From: Salisapilia sapeloensis CBS 127946
Taxonomy: Eukaryota; Protista; Oomycota
Direction of reading: 5' to 3'
Assembly: GCA_023334545.1 (NCBI GenBank)
Contig: JAADVB010000011.1
Coordinates: 62,001-126,000, forward strand
DNA: 64,000 bases
Every line of letters starts with the position of its first letter. Positions within the stretch are counted from its first letter, which is position 1. Made by a program: the position numbers and the translations under genes. Below the pieces are notes generated by a model. That model saw nothing but the letters and a program-made list of their open reading frames with translations. It had not been told where the DNA came from and did no database searches. Positions 10,957-22,903 of the stretch are shown one piece after another.

Positions 10957-12565
10957 TCACGTTGATTCATCATGTTTTGCATCATACCCAATAGCAGCTT
11001 TAATGAGGAATGAGAGTCCACCGGAAGACCAAAGTCGAAGGAGTGTCCAAGCAACACCAATCATTACAACTGGAGTAAAATACGATTTTTGGTGCCAAGC
11101 AGGTGTCTGTGTGTCATCCAACTTCTGACGGAGGATATGTCGAGCCGTTGCAATGAAGTCCTCTTGATGTGCAAAACCGTGCGGATCAATCCCCTCTGCT
11201 CGGATTAATTCGTACATCTCTTCGTTTGTCATCCTATTTAAGAGATCATCAGCAGACGGCTGCAGCATACTTCGATCTCTGCTTTCGAATTTTTCTTCCG
11301 CTGGATGACCATTATTTTCTAGTTGCAGCTTGTGCAACATTTCCTGAACGCTCGGATCAGTCAGATCAATTCTACGGCATAAAGTTCAGTAATGCTCGTC
11401 AAACAATTATTTGAATGGTTCCATTTACCCATTGGTTTTGGCATCATTAATCATCTCCTGCGTTGGATTGAAGAAGTCTACAAACTCGGGTTGTTTTGTC
11501 TTTTTGTCTTTTGCCTTCTTTACATGAGATCGAATCTCCTCTGCTTGATCTTTACGACCATTTTTCTCGCACAATCGAGCAAGAGCCTCAGCTTCGTATG
11601 CCTTGTTTTATCGTGAGTCTATGTACTTGACAATTTTGATTGTGGAAACCTACCTCTTTTTCAAACTTGGCTTTTAAATCTTCGTCTTTCGTGCGACTAA
11701 CTTTGCTCTTGTTGTGCTCTTGGTTGCCGGTATAAACCTGGCCTCGGTTAAACATACCACTGAAAGTGTCTCGATCCAATTTCTTCTGCTTTACTTTTTG
11801 TGCCTGAAGATCTAGCAGGAGTTTATGGACGGCTCGATTACCAGGATCAATAGCATAAGCTTTTTGCAAATCCTTGATAGCATCCTCAAATTCGACCGCA
11901 CCAGAGGAAGCTGGAGATATACGTGCTTGCGCTCGTCTATCGAGGTAAAGTTACAAGGCTTTCACCAAGTACAAGGGAAGAAACTTCGTACCGGTAATAC
12001 GCTTTTACGTTCGTAGAGTCAATCTCCAAGGCATCGCTACAAGCGTGAATACAAACATTGTACTCTTTCATCCGGAATTTTACCACTATGCAAACATATC
12101 GTCAGTTTTTTTCCAAATGACCATATCCAAAAGATTTATACTCGCAAGATTGAGATAGCAAGCAGTTTTCAACGCGTCTAGTCTCATTCGATCCTGCTGA
12201 TCGTCACACTTATAATCAAAAACTTGTAGATCCTTATCCTCAATCCCTTTCTTCTTCCATCCAGGATCCATATTGTCACAATACTTGAAGATAGCCAATG
12301 CCTTTTCATACTCTGAAGCAGCTTCTTCCAGTGCATCCTTGTCCAACTGACTATTTCCACTCGCCTTTAACTCTTCAGCTGCTTGAATACGTTCAACAAA
12401 GCTTTTGTCGCGCAGTTCGGTAATCTCTTTTTGCATGAACAATGAATGCTGAAAGTATTCCGGCCACGAGTCATAAAGAGGTCGAAGCTGAGCTTGTTGA
12501 GCACTTTTCAGCTTCACTGCTTTATTCATCAAGTCTGCAAACGGGTTGTCGGCAGAAGGATCCAT
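10957..12565 (-). CDS. TPR-repeat protein (immunophilin/FKBP-type TPR clamp, no PPIase domain seen) with C-terminal membrane anchor
   Basis: Spliced exons give AEELKASGNSQL..AASEYEKAL, ACYLNLA|MVKFRMKEYNVCIHACSDALEIDSTNVKAYYR|RAQARI, DLQKAYAIDPGN, DRDTFSGMF. The final exon has a hydrophobic segment YFTPVVMIGVAWTLLRLW. The 3' end is approximate. Confidence 0.8.
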
Positions 12566-12673
12566 GGTGTCGTATGTAAGGCAGACAAGGTCAGGATGAG
12601 AAGACGAATGAATGAAAAGTCGCGCCTGGTATTCAATTTCTACTATCGTTGAAACTCCCATTTCGAATAAATC

Positions 12674-15600
12674 TTAGTTGAAGTAGCATGGAATGGTCGT
12701 AGCGGATCCATCAACATGGTAGACACCAATCATGAACTCACTACAGTCCCACATCTCTGGTCGATGGGAGACGATGAGGAATTGCATCTGTGCCCTTTGG
12801 CTCTGACGATGTATCACCTGCCCAAGCTTACGCACGTTCTTCGTATCCAAAGCGGCATCCAGCTCTATCGAGAAGAGTCAGCTAGTGCCTCTAGAAGGTG
12901 TCCATGTCTTTACCATCGCATATATAAAGAGGACATTGGAAGGATGCTTGGAGTGCAAGTAACATTGAGACTGCACAAATCGTTTGTTGTCCTCCCGACA
13001 GACCTAGAATCTAGATGTATTGGTAGCATTAAAGGTACAAGACTAATTAAAATGGTTTTAAACGACGTACTGGTTGCCAGAAGGATTCGTCTGGCTTGCA
13101 TAAGAAGGTGATGCCTTCCGAGAAGAGTGTTGTCATTTCCCGAGGGTAGTCCAGATAACATTCTCCATACTACACCCTGGTGAGAGGCACTAGTAGATGT
13201 ATACACTTGGGTCTACCTCGTTAAAGAAGTGGTAAATATCGGATAGAGCTTCATTTGTCGAGGGCAGAGCAGACATCAAGCGGTTGAATCTGTATACTGA
13301 TAAGCTACATGTCCATATATACAAGAAAATATTTATATGCCTGTCTGCTTGCTTTTCTTTTTGAAGATCGAATACGCTGTTCATTTCTGTCGAGATCTCC
13401 TTCTCTTGGACTTCGATAGAAGCAAGGTCCTCTTGAAGCTTGACTGCTTCCTCCAATACATCTTCTGAAAGACTAGCTTTCATCCTTTCGAGGTATCTAG
13501 TACATCAACATGCTTACCCTTACTTCATTATTGGTACACGTATGATATCATACTTGGCTTCTTCCAAAATACTGTCCATCTTCGACTTGAGTATCTCTCG
13601 ATCGTTTTCCGTGTAGTCCGATTGACTTTCCTCCATGGTAGGAGTGGATGTGATATCCAGTCGATTTAACTCTGATGTGAGCTCTTTGTCTTTGGTATTG
13701 TACTGTTCTACCTCTCTCCTAAGCTTTCTCTCCATACCCTTCATCTTCTCCTGCGTTTTGTCGGCTGAAGCAACTAGCTTTGCCACACTCTCACATCGCT
13801 CCTGGATCCCGTCAAGACGTTTGTTCGCATCATTAAGGAACTGACGAGTCTCTTTCTTCTTCTTTTTAGAAGCCTCAAGCTTTGATTTATATGTTCCCTG
13901 TTTCTTAGATAACGCTTTCACTTGGTTTGTAGCATCCGACTGTGTACATATCAATCATAAATCTAACACCGGCATGAATGTACTAGCTTCAGACTTACTT
14001 GACGAAAGATTGTTTCCTCCAGTTGCGTCTCCAGTCTAATTCTTTTGTGTTCCAGGGTTTCTTTGTCCGTAGTTATTTTCTGGACTTCATGTTCCAGTTC
14101 CATCTCTTCGTACATGTCTTTTGCCTCCTTTTCGTTCATCATCTGGTCCTTTAGATTCTTTTCCTTTGCTTTCAGCTCTTCCAATTTCTTTTCAAGGTTT
14201 AAGACCTGTAAGTCAGATAGTCCTTTCATCTCTTCTTCTTTAGCATGGAGACTTGTCTTGTTTGCATCTAGTTGAGCTTCTAGCTGATTTATGAGACGGT
14301 CTATTTCCCTTTCATCTCGTTCAAACTTGTTGATTTCCGACGTCAAGGTCTGTAATTGAGACCTGAGGGTTGTATAGGTTTCCTCTAGCGACTCTTTCTT
14401 CTTCTTTTCTTTTGCTATTGCTTCAACCTTTGATTGGATCTCGCGTTGAAGCTTTTGAATATCGTCGTCTGAATCGATTGGAGCTTTATTCGAAGACATG
14501 ACTCGTCTCTTTCTTCCTCCAGGCTTAAATGTACGAATGACACCGTCCGAGAAGAATAAATCTCCTTTGAGACTAACATAGTTTCTAGTCCTAGACTCAT
14601 CTTCATATTGTCTATCAGTCTTTCTAATGGTCCAATCACGACAGAATTGATGAAACACCGGTCGAAAGCTTTCGTCTTGCAGTCGAACTACGCTACAAAG
14701 CGGTATTTCATACCGGTCATCTTCCAAGTCTTCTTTAGGTTCATAGCCACAAGAAGGAAAGGAACAAGTAGCATCTGTACCGTGTAACTCGTCTGTGATG
14801 CAGCATTGAACTCGACCAATTCGATGTGTTGCAAAGTAGTAAGAAACATCCAAGGCTGATTCTCTATTCTCTACTACAACGTACTCGAGTGCATGATGCA
14901 GTACAGAGTTGAGCGCATCGGAGTAGGTTGAATCGACATTTGCTAGGCTCGATAAAAAGCCGTAGATGGTCGATGTACGGGATGTCGACTGGAGCTGATA
15001 GACAGCTCGTTCAGCTTCTGATTGACTTGTCCGATGCTCTAACTGTCGTTTCAATCGATTTAGATCTGACGTTGAGTCAATCACGCTTTTCGTCTGAAAG
15101 GATAACTTCTTTCGGCTCACGTCACATCGTTCCTTTACTTCTTTCTCATCGTATTGGAGTTTGGATACTTTTGTACTGATATCCTTCTTGTCATGCAGTA
15201 GCTTATTCAAACGTTCTTGATCCTTGTTTAAAGCCGAACGGAGAAACATTACTTCTCTCTCATTGGTCTCTTTTGCTTTTTCATGGCTTGTCAGTTGCCC
15301 TTGAACATGTTGAATTGCATTAACTGCATTCAAAAAGGCCGTCTTGAGCTCATTTTCATGCTTTTCAGGTCCGGAAGCATGCTGTCTCCCGCGTCTCTCC
15401 TGATACTTGACTCGTTCGTTCGTCGCTATCACTAGTCTTTCCTTTAAAGCGAGAATGTCTTTCTCTGTTTTACCCTTGTCTGCTTCCAAAACTTTCCTCT
15501 TTCCCTCTAAACTCTCTACTTTGTCATTTATCTTTTTGATTTGATCTTCGACATTATTGGTGTCTGTCTTGATCAGAATATAGTCTTTCGCAGACGCATT

Positions 15601-16831
15601 GTATACTTCCTTCTTGCTTTGAACCTGCTTCTGGTATTGCACTGCATCTTGTTTCAAGGCCTGTTCTTGATTGTATAGTTGACAGTAATAAGCTTGTGCA
15701 TCCTCCAACCGCATCATCTGTCGATCCATCTTTATCTTGGCTTGAGCATGTTCTTGCTCATTTGCAGCTATAAGAGACTTGAGAATGGTATACTGCCTTT
15801 GTTGGATATTATCGTAGTCTCGATCGTTTTGCTTCTTCCTCGTGATATACGAGTCAAGGCGATTCAGTACCGGTTCATGTGTCTGAAGTTGTTGCTCTGT
15901 ACTCTCCTTTTGTCCACGCAACTTGCTTAAAGAGTGATCGAGATCATTGTATTGCTTTTGAAGTCCCTCCACATCTTGTCGAAGTACCATTGTACCAACA
16001 ATACGTTCATAGAAAGTTAGTAGATCATTGGAAGACATCTTTGCAACGGTCGTGGCGTTTCTAGCATACTCGTCAGAATTCTTATAGTTATAGGTCATAT
16101 AGACTAGTCCCGTACGTTTGTCGAATAACAAATCTTTCCAAGACGGAGATGTCGATTCCAGCTTCCATTAGTGCAGACTGAATGCTGGCATAGGTGCATC
16201 GCTAAATGATAGACAGAAGTGAGGAAATTCAGTCGACAGAAACGAAAGTCAAAGACTACCTTCCACGACACGCTATCTCCATCTTGCATGCTGTATGACG
16301 ATGCATTCGTTCTCATGTCCACTCTTCGTTCAATGCGTAAAGCCTTTCCACTCATCTCAGCGTCTTGTAGGGCGATTTCAACAGAAGCAAACGTATCCGA
16401 GTCTTCTTTCTTTGCTTTATCATTGATCAAGTCCGCTAATCCTACAAGTGCTGCCGTCAATATTCATCACGACTACCTGTCGGGCTTCAAGCTTCATATA
16501 CGTTTGACTCGAAGATGCGAAACCGAGGCACCAAAGCAAAAAGCGATCGCGTCCACAATACACGATTTGCCACCTCCATTCCGACCCGCTACACTATTCA
16601 AGGCACCAAGATGCGTTATTTATATATATACCACGCAAAACATGCGGATCAATTTCACCAGATCAATTTCCAGTTATCCAGGTTGATCCAATGGTTTCCG
16701 CAATAACTTTTAAAGTTCCTACATATAGCTCAGTTATTATATAAGAAGACACCATCTTTCTCGTGTCTAATATAGAAACGATCAAGCTGTCCTCATAGCA
16801 CGTACGTAAGTCCAAGTTGTTGAACCCGCAT
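12674..16831 (-). CDS. Structural maintenance of chromosomes (SMC) ATPase, divergent, full length, multi-exon
   Basis: Spliced N-terminus MRVQQLGLT|NFKSYCG (intron 16719-16805); Walker A GRNGGGKS at 16563-16586; Q-loop ERFVIRQ; long coiled coils; hinge IYGFLSSLANV..ALEYVVVEN..GRVQCCI. C-head: LFSEGITFLCKP, LSGGQQ (about 12985-13001), YICD|ELDAALD, FLIVSHRPEM; stop TAA at 12674-12676. Confidence 0.92.
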
Positions 16832-17131
16832 TTGATCTTCGTTGCAGTTGCTCCTACAGCACGCTGTCGGTCCTACCAGAGCACAATAATAACACCACAC
16901 TAATCAAGAACTAGACACTACTACAAAACAACCACACAAGAGATTTTTGCTCGAGTACAAGCTAAAGAAGATCAAGTACTTGTTCTCAATCTACTTCAAC
17001 GTCAATCTGCTTCTCTCCACGCTCACTTGGTTTCACTATGCATCTCCTTCGCGCCATTCTCTGCCTTCCCATTGGCGGAAATCCATCCGCAACATACTTG
17101 TCTACTTGCTACTGCCTTCCTGAGCGTCTAC

Positions 17132-20100
17132 CTACACTTCTCCGCCTTCCGTTTGACTAAACGATTCACCAGCCTTGAGTTCCAAGAACTCTAGCAATAT
17201 CGGCTCCGCTCGCGTATTCGCACATCGCTTGCAGACTTCATTCAAGTATGTGTGGAGTGCCACGGCTTTTTCTTTGAGATAGCTATGCTCGAGTTTGTTC
17301 CAGAATCTTGTGCCTGGTAACGCTGGAATCTGTTCATGCGTAAACATCTTCTTCAGCTGCCGATGGAGGTTATTAAACTCCGAGTATCGGCGTTGGACGA
17401 CAGAGCCACGACTACTCGACGTTGCGACGTGGATAACAAAGGCAGCGTACTCGACACCCTTGTCATCCATGGCGAGACGATATCCTTCAATCTTAGTCTG
17501 GATCCACTCGCCCTGTCCTTCCTCTCCATCTCCATTCGTCATCAAGAGCACCGCCGACGGACTATTCTCCACTAGCTCTTTATGTCGCACCAGTTGCGTC
17601 GACGGGACACGATTGAACGCATCTAACCAATGGTCAAACGTCGTTTGGTCTCGCACACGCATTTCGATCGACGTCCCGCGTGACGCCACGACTCGGAAGA
17701 GATACCCTCGGTCATAGCACAAGACTTTGGTGCGTCGTAGTTTGAATTGCGACGTGAACTCGAGCCGAGGCGGACCTTCGAACCCAGAGACATATCCATC
17801 CTGCACGACAATCCATCGGTTCGTCCAGCCTTCATACCAGTTTTTAGGCGTCCTCTCCTGCAAGAATCCGACTTTAATTGCACCAAAGTAGTCGATCGAA
17901 AGACCTTGCGGTAGTTCCAATAAGTGTGTCTGTCCTCGATTCGTCCCGCCGTCCGATTCATTCTGCATCGTATTGAGGCGCACGACAGCTTGGTTGATCG
18001 CATCCATCCACTCGTCTCGGACAGGTGTAGATGGTGCTTTTAACGTCACTACGTCGGGCGTACTCGTAGTCGATAGAGCAGTGGTGGCAAAGGAAGTAAG
18101 TGTACTGCTACTTCGAGGAGGACTTGATCCTTCCTTATTCTGGACGATCTTAAGCGTAAAGCTGTCGTCACCGTACACTGCTTTGCTCAGGTGCGTCAAC
18201 TGGATGCGCCATCGACGACGACATGCGACTTCATGGACGCGAGGGAGGATGTGCAGCCTGTCTTTATCCATGAGCACGATCAAGTCATGCGAGAATCCGG
18301 TGCAACGTTCACGAATGAGTGCGTTTGCAGACATGTGGATCTTGGAGTACGGTGTGAGTTCCTTGATACTACGCATGAGCTTGGGCATCGGCTGCCTTGC
18401 ACTCATGTACCGGTGGAGACGATCGACTACCGGCTGACATAACTGCATGATACAAAAGAGAACGACGTCTTCACTAAGCCAGTAGGAACTATGGGACGAA
18501 GCAGCAAAGGCGATCTCCATCATACCTTGCTCCCTCGCTCTGCGCTTTAGCACGTAGTCCAGACGATTGGGGAAGCCATGGATCGGACTTGTGAGTTCTT
18601 CATACATTTGTTGGATCTTGGGAAAGTCATGGCTTTTAACGGAATGAGCAGTTAAGAGTTGGACAGGAGCCTTGTCATGCATCTCTTCTTGAATGAGTGG
18701 TTCCACACGATAGGCAATAGGATCGATAGGATGGATGATATTAAAGTATCGACGGCACTTGGGCAGTCGAATGCCTGGTGTGAAGACACCATCTTGAATG
18801 TCCAAGTCGCCTCTCGCCAAAATCATCACAGGCACGGGGGAACTAGAAAAGCTAATAAGATTAGTGTGTAGAGACATAGGATAAGAGGTAGATACCCAGC
18901 GCCGAAGAAATTGTCCACTTCAAAGTCTAGACCGGAAAACTTGATTCCGTTACTGGACACTTCACCAGCTTCATGCGTCAATAGGTCGTACGAGATGACA
19001 CTACCCAAGGAGTGTGCAAAGATAGAAACCTTGCCATCCCATCCGGGATGCTCTTCCAAGAAGACTTGGTACTTTTGGTTCAATTGCTGCGTGACAGAGT
19101 CGACGATGAGCTGACCGTAGTGTGGAGACAAGTAGTACATGACGTCCATGAGCGTCTCCTTGTTGAATTCGCGAATGCCAGACGCTCCTTCTGGACAGAT
19201 CAAGTCAAAGATACTATCGACGCCTGTCGGGTCATGCAAGTCTTCATGCCATTCGATCGACTGCATCTCCAATGCAAGTGGAACGTCTCGGAATTGTGTC
19301 TCCAGCATGTTCCGGAACATGTCTCGGAACGCGTGGTTCCCTCCTTCGAGACCGGCGCGTCCGTTCCAAGACTTTAGCTCGCCTTCTTTGAAATCAATGT
19401 GCTGGCCGATACCATGGATGACAAAGACTAAGTGGTTCATCTCTTTCAACCTCAACTACACATTTAAGTCAGTGTAAATACGTCATAAGTCTGCATAAAG
19501 TCATTGTACCGTTGACGGGTACTCTTCGCTATTCTCATCGTCACTCTCTCCATCATCTGTGCTAAAGCTGGAGCTATCTCGAGATAAGGATCTGTTGACA
19601 GTCCACTCGCCTTGGTACCCACTTCCCTTCTTTTGCATACTTCTCTGCCGCTTCACGTGTTCGTAATGTGCTTTTAGTAGCGGAATACGGATGCCATCTT
19701 GTGGCAATAAACGAGCAAAGTCAAAGATGATGGCACGCAAGTCGGGTTCTCGCATGTGGCATAATAGATAGTCGTAAAAGTCTTCTGCAGACTCGTTGCC
19801 AGTGCCAAAGTCGAATGCATGCTGCTTGAATCGATTGAATTCGTCCTCGTCATTATCCATTGCCATACGCACACGTTCACTCACTTGGTCGTTCAATGCA
19901 GTGGCTTTCTTCCGATTCCGAACAGGATCGACGTCCTGGAACTCTTCCTCGTCTACTTCCTCCGTCACTGCTTCCTCCTCACTCGTAGCGATGGACGCTC
20001 CAGATTCCACTCGGTTCAGTCCAAAATGATCTGGATCCGTTGCTACCATCCCCATACTTTCCTATTATCATTTCTTAGTACTTAGGAAGAAGATGGGCAT

Positions 20101-20426
20101 GAAAAAGATTGTACCCGTATTTTTTGTTCTAGCAAAGTAGTCGCCTCCTGCACCAATTGCTCGCAATCTTTTAGATTGCTGAGCTTATGCCAGACCGTGT
20201 CTCGATACACGGATGCCAATTGCAGGTCATTCCATTCGAACGTGTCACTGTTGTTCGAGTCGAGGTCTTGCGTGTCTTCCAGCACGTGCTGCACGTGCTG
20301 CAGCAAGGAGCTCACTTGGCGTTTCAGACGACCAATGTAGTCTTTCGGGAGGAAGACTCGGTCGGGTATGTCTTCTTCCGACCCAAACGTCTGCAGTTTA
20401 TCTTCAGCATGCTCTGCTGATGCCAT
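17132..20426 (-). CDS. DDHD-domain intracellular phospholipase A1 with N-terminal HHD/PAH-like domain and C-terminal PH-PH-PX domains
   Basis: Four ORF fragments join in frame through GT-AG introns (KIR|ESMG, PST|LRLKE, GAG|SPVP). Lipase motifs HLVFVIHGIGQ and SIFAHSLGS. DDHD motifs NIIHPIDPIAYRVEPLI, RLDYVL, SHSSYW. PH motifs (DEWMDAIN; GFLQERT..WTNRWIVV..HWLDAFN). PX motif VQRRYSEFNNLHRQLKK..IPALPG. Confidence 0.88.
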
Positions 20427-21111
20427 TCTCTCGCGAAATGACCAAATGCAGCATACACTTCGCGTTCGTTCGTGTCTTTTATATTGAAGTTTGTATGGGG
20501 TATCCTGTAACGAAACGACGACTTGCCATGAAACGTGTTCATGCTGATAGGAACAAGTCGAGATAAATGCTGGAGGATTTGCGTCGAGTACACGTCATGC
20601 ATTCTGTAATATTCCTTAGGTAGATGTACTATAGAATATATTACACGTGTCTTGCCATTTAAAGTACTTATATGAGGATTTATGCCGATTGCATGCGTCA
20701 ATGCGATCTGCTGTGTATTCGTGTCGGATGTCCCGGTGGTAAGATTGTCAGATGCATCTTCATCGAAATGATCTTTAGCAGGGTTGTTTTATTGATGCCT
20801 CTTTGCTCCCACAAGTATCTTTGTTTGCTGACAGCGTAAATTCTTTCGTTTGCTGTACGACGTGTCATCCAAGATTGGTAACTTGGGCTTCTCATGATAA
20901 TGAAACATGCGCATCAAAGCTTTCGTGTCTCAGGACTGCTGCATCTGATGACCAATTAACCAGCATGTAAGATTCCACGTACCATATATCCGGCATTGCG
21001 CTACGGCAACAAGCAGTTTAGATAAGTAGGTAAATAGGTGATGCAATTGGATACTATAAATATCGAGTCCCTTGTGCATACCATCGTCTCGTTTCAAAAA
21101 TATACTCTCGG

Positions 21112-22877
21112 ATGGCTGCTCGAGGGCGACCGAATCGGGGACGCTCCTCTGGAGGTCGCGGATATGGCGAATCCCTCGTGCTTAAACGTCGTCAACGGGA
21201 GCAAGAGCTCGCATCCTATAGCGACTGTGTTAAAGGATTAAGCAGCATGAACTCGAGAGCCGACTGGGAGCATAGTTTGCATGTAAAAAGTGAAGACTTG
21301 GAAGCCCGACGCATCATGGAGGAGCTAAAGAGTAAAGAAGACGCGGCGTTGCACGCTCGTCGTCTCCGGTGTGTTCAAGTTCATGCAGAAATGTTTTTAA
21401 ATGTTAATCTAAAGCTTGCCTTGGTACAGTCTAGCCGAATTGTACAACAGGGAGGCTGAAGAATGGAAACAAGCCATTCTATCGAATGTGGAAACTCCGG
21501 AAGATCGTAAACAAAAGTAGTAGACATCTACAATAAGACTGTGAAACCTGGACTAATGGCAGCATACAGGATGATTAAGAGAGCGCTAGAACTTAAAACA
21601 CGCCGTGAACAGGAACGCATGCAAATTGTAGAAGAGAAGCTGATGCAGCAGTATCGGTGAATAGCTTTTTAAAAAAAGTTACTACAGCTACAGTCTAACG
21701 GTAACTTGGTAGCGAAAGCTGCGATGATCTTCGTGTCGATATATCGAAGAAGAGGCAAGCTCTCATTTTGAGCGACCGTGATAAGCAGCTAGAGGAGCGC
21801 AAGGCTATACTAGAACACGAAGTATATTCCGTGATTATGTTAGCAAAATCATCAGGTCTAACACAAAGTAGAAAAAGCTAGAGGAGGAGATGGCAAGACT
21901 ATGGGAAGAAGATCGATTAAAGAAAGAAGAACGAGATCGCCGTGATGTTGCTGAAGCTGAGAAACGGAACACAGAGATGAAGAATATACTAGATCTTCAG
22001 GTAAACTTGGTGCAGAAAAGGAGGGACGAAGAAGAGCAAAAGCGACGTGAGGAGGAGCAAGCTCAATTGCGTGAATGGAAGCGACATAAGCAAATGGACA
22101 TGGAGCTGGAGGAAGATGCAAGACGTAAAGAAATAGCAGTATGACCTTACTTTAAGCTCTTTTCCGATGTATCTGCTCATCAAACTGTAGCGAGCGACGG
22201 ACGTGAAGCGATTTAATCTTGAACGAAGTGCAGTTGCTCATGCCACCGCTGAAAGAGAGAAGCAGCACGATTTAAACTTGTTGCATGAAGCTATAGCAAG
22301 AGAGACCGAAGCGGAACGGCGTGAGCGAGAGCTTCAAGAGAAGTTTAAACAGGAAAAGCTCGAGTACCAACGCATGTTAAAGAGCCAAATGGAAATTGAA
22401 GCTGAGGATACCTCGCACTTGGATAAAATTCGACAAGCGATGGAAGAATCTGTTTGGGCGAAGCGTGATGCTCAGCATAATGCAGAGGCAGCGGCTCGAG
22501 AGGAATTATTGCGCCGAGTGTTAGAGTCTCGAGAGGAACAGATGAAGCGCAAGAAGGAAGAAGCAGAGCGACGGACATCAGAGGATCGCAAGTACATGGA
22601 AGCGTTAGAGCGCGAATCGGAAGAAGCTTTGCAACGAGAGTTGCGAGAGCAGGAAAGTCGAAAGGAGCAGATGAAGAAGGCGCAGATGGATCTGTTGCAG
22701 CAAAAGCAGGAGAAGGCAAAAAAGTTGGAGCATCTGGAACAAGCGAATTTCTTGGAATTGAAGCGGATGCAGCTAGCGGAGAAACGGCATAAAGAGCGCG
22801 TGCAACAATTGACGAATCAACAGGAACCATCAACAAATTTCCGTCGAAAGGCAGCGCAATGGTACTTTGATGCTTGA
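21112..22877 (+). CDS. CFAP53: Cilia- and flagella-associated protein 53 (CCDC11; trichoplein/TPH family), multi-exon
   Basis: Spliced exons give RLAELYNREAEEW..ETPEDRKQK, EEKLMQQYR|ESCDDLR and MARLWEEDRLKKEERD. These match CFAP53 motifs as I recall them (QQFRERCEELR, LWEEDRLAKEKRE). E/R/K-rich coiled coil to the stop at 22877. Confidence 0.8.
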
Positions 22878-22903
22878 AACCACGTAGGTATGATTGGAAT
22901 ATA

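Noticed and set aside
16700-16755. Apparent frameshift between MVSSYIITELYV and NFKSYCG at the SMC N-terminus
   Set aside because: Resolved by an intron (16719-16805) joining the upstream exon MRVQQLGLT in frame; no frameshift or pseudogene is needed.
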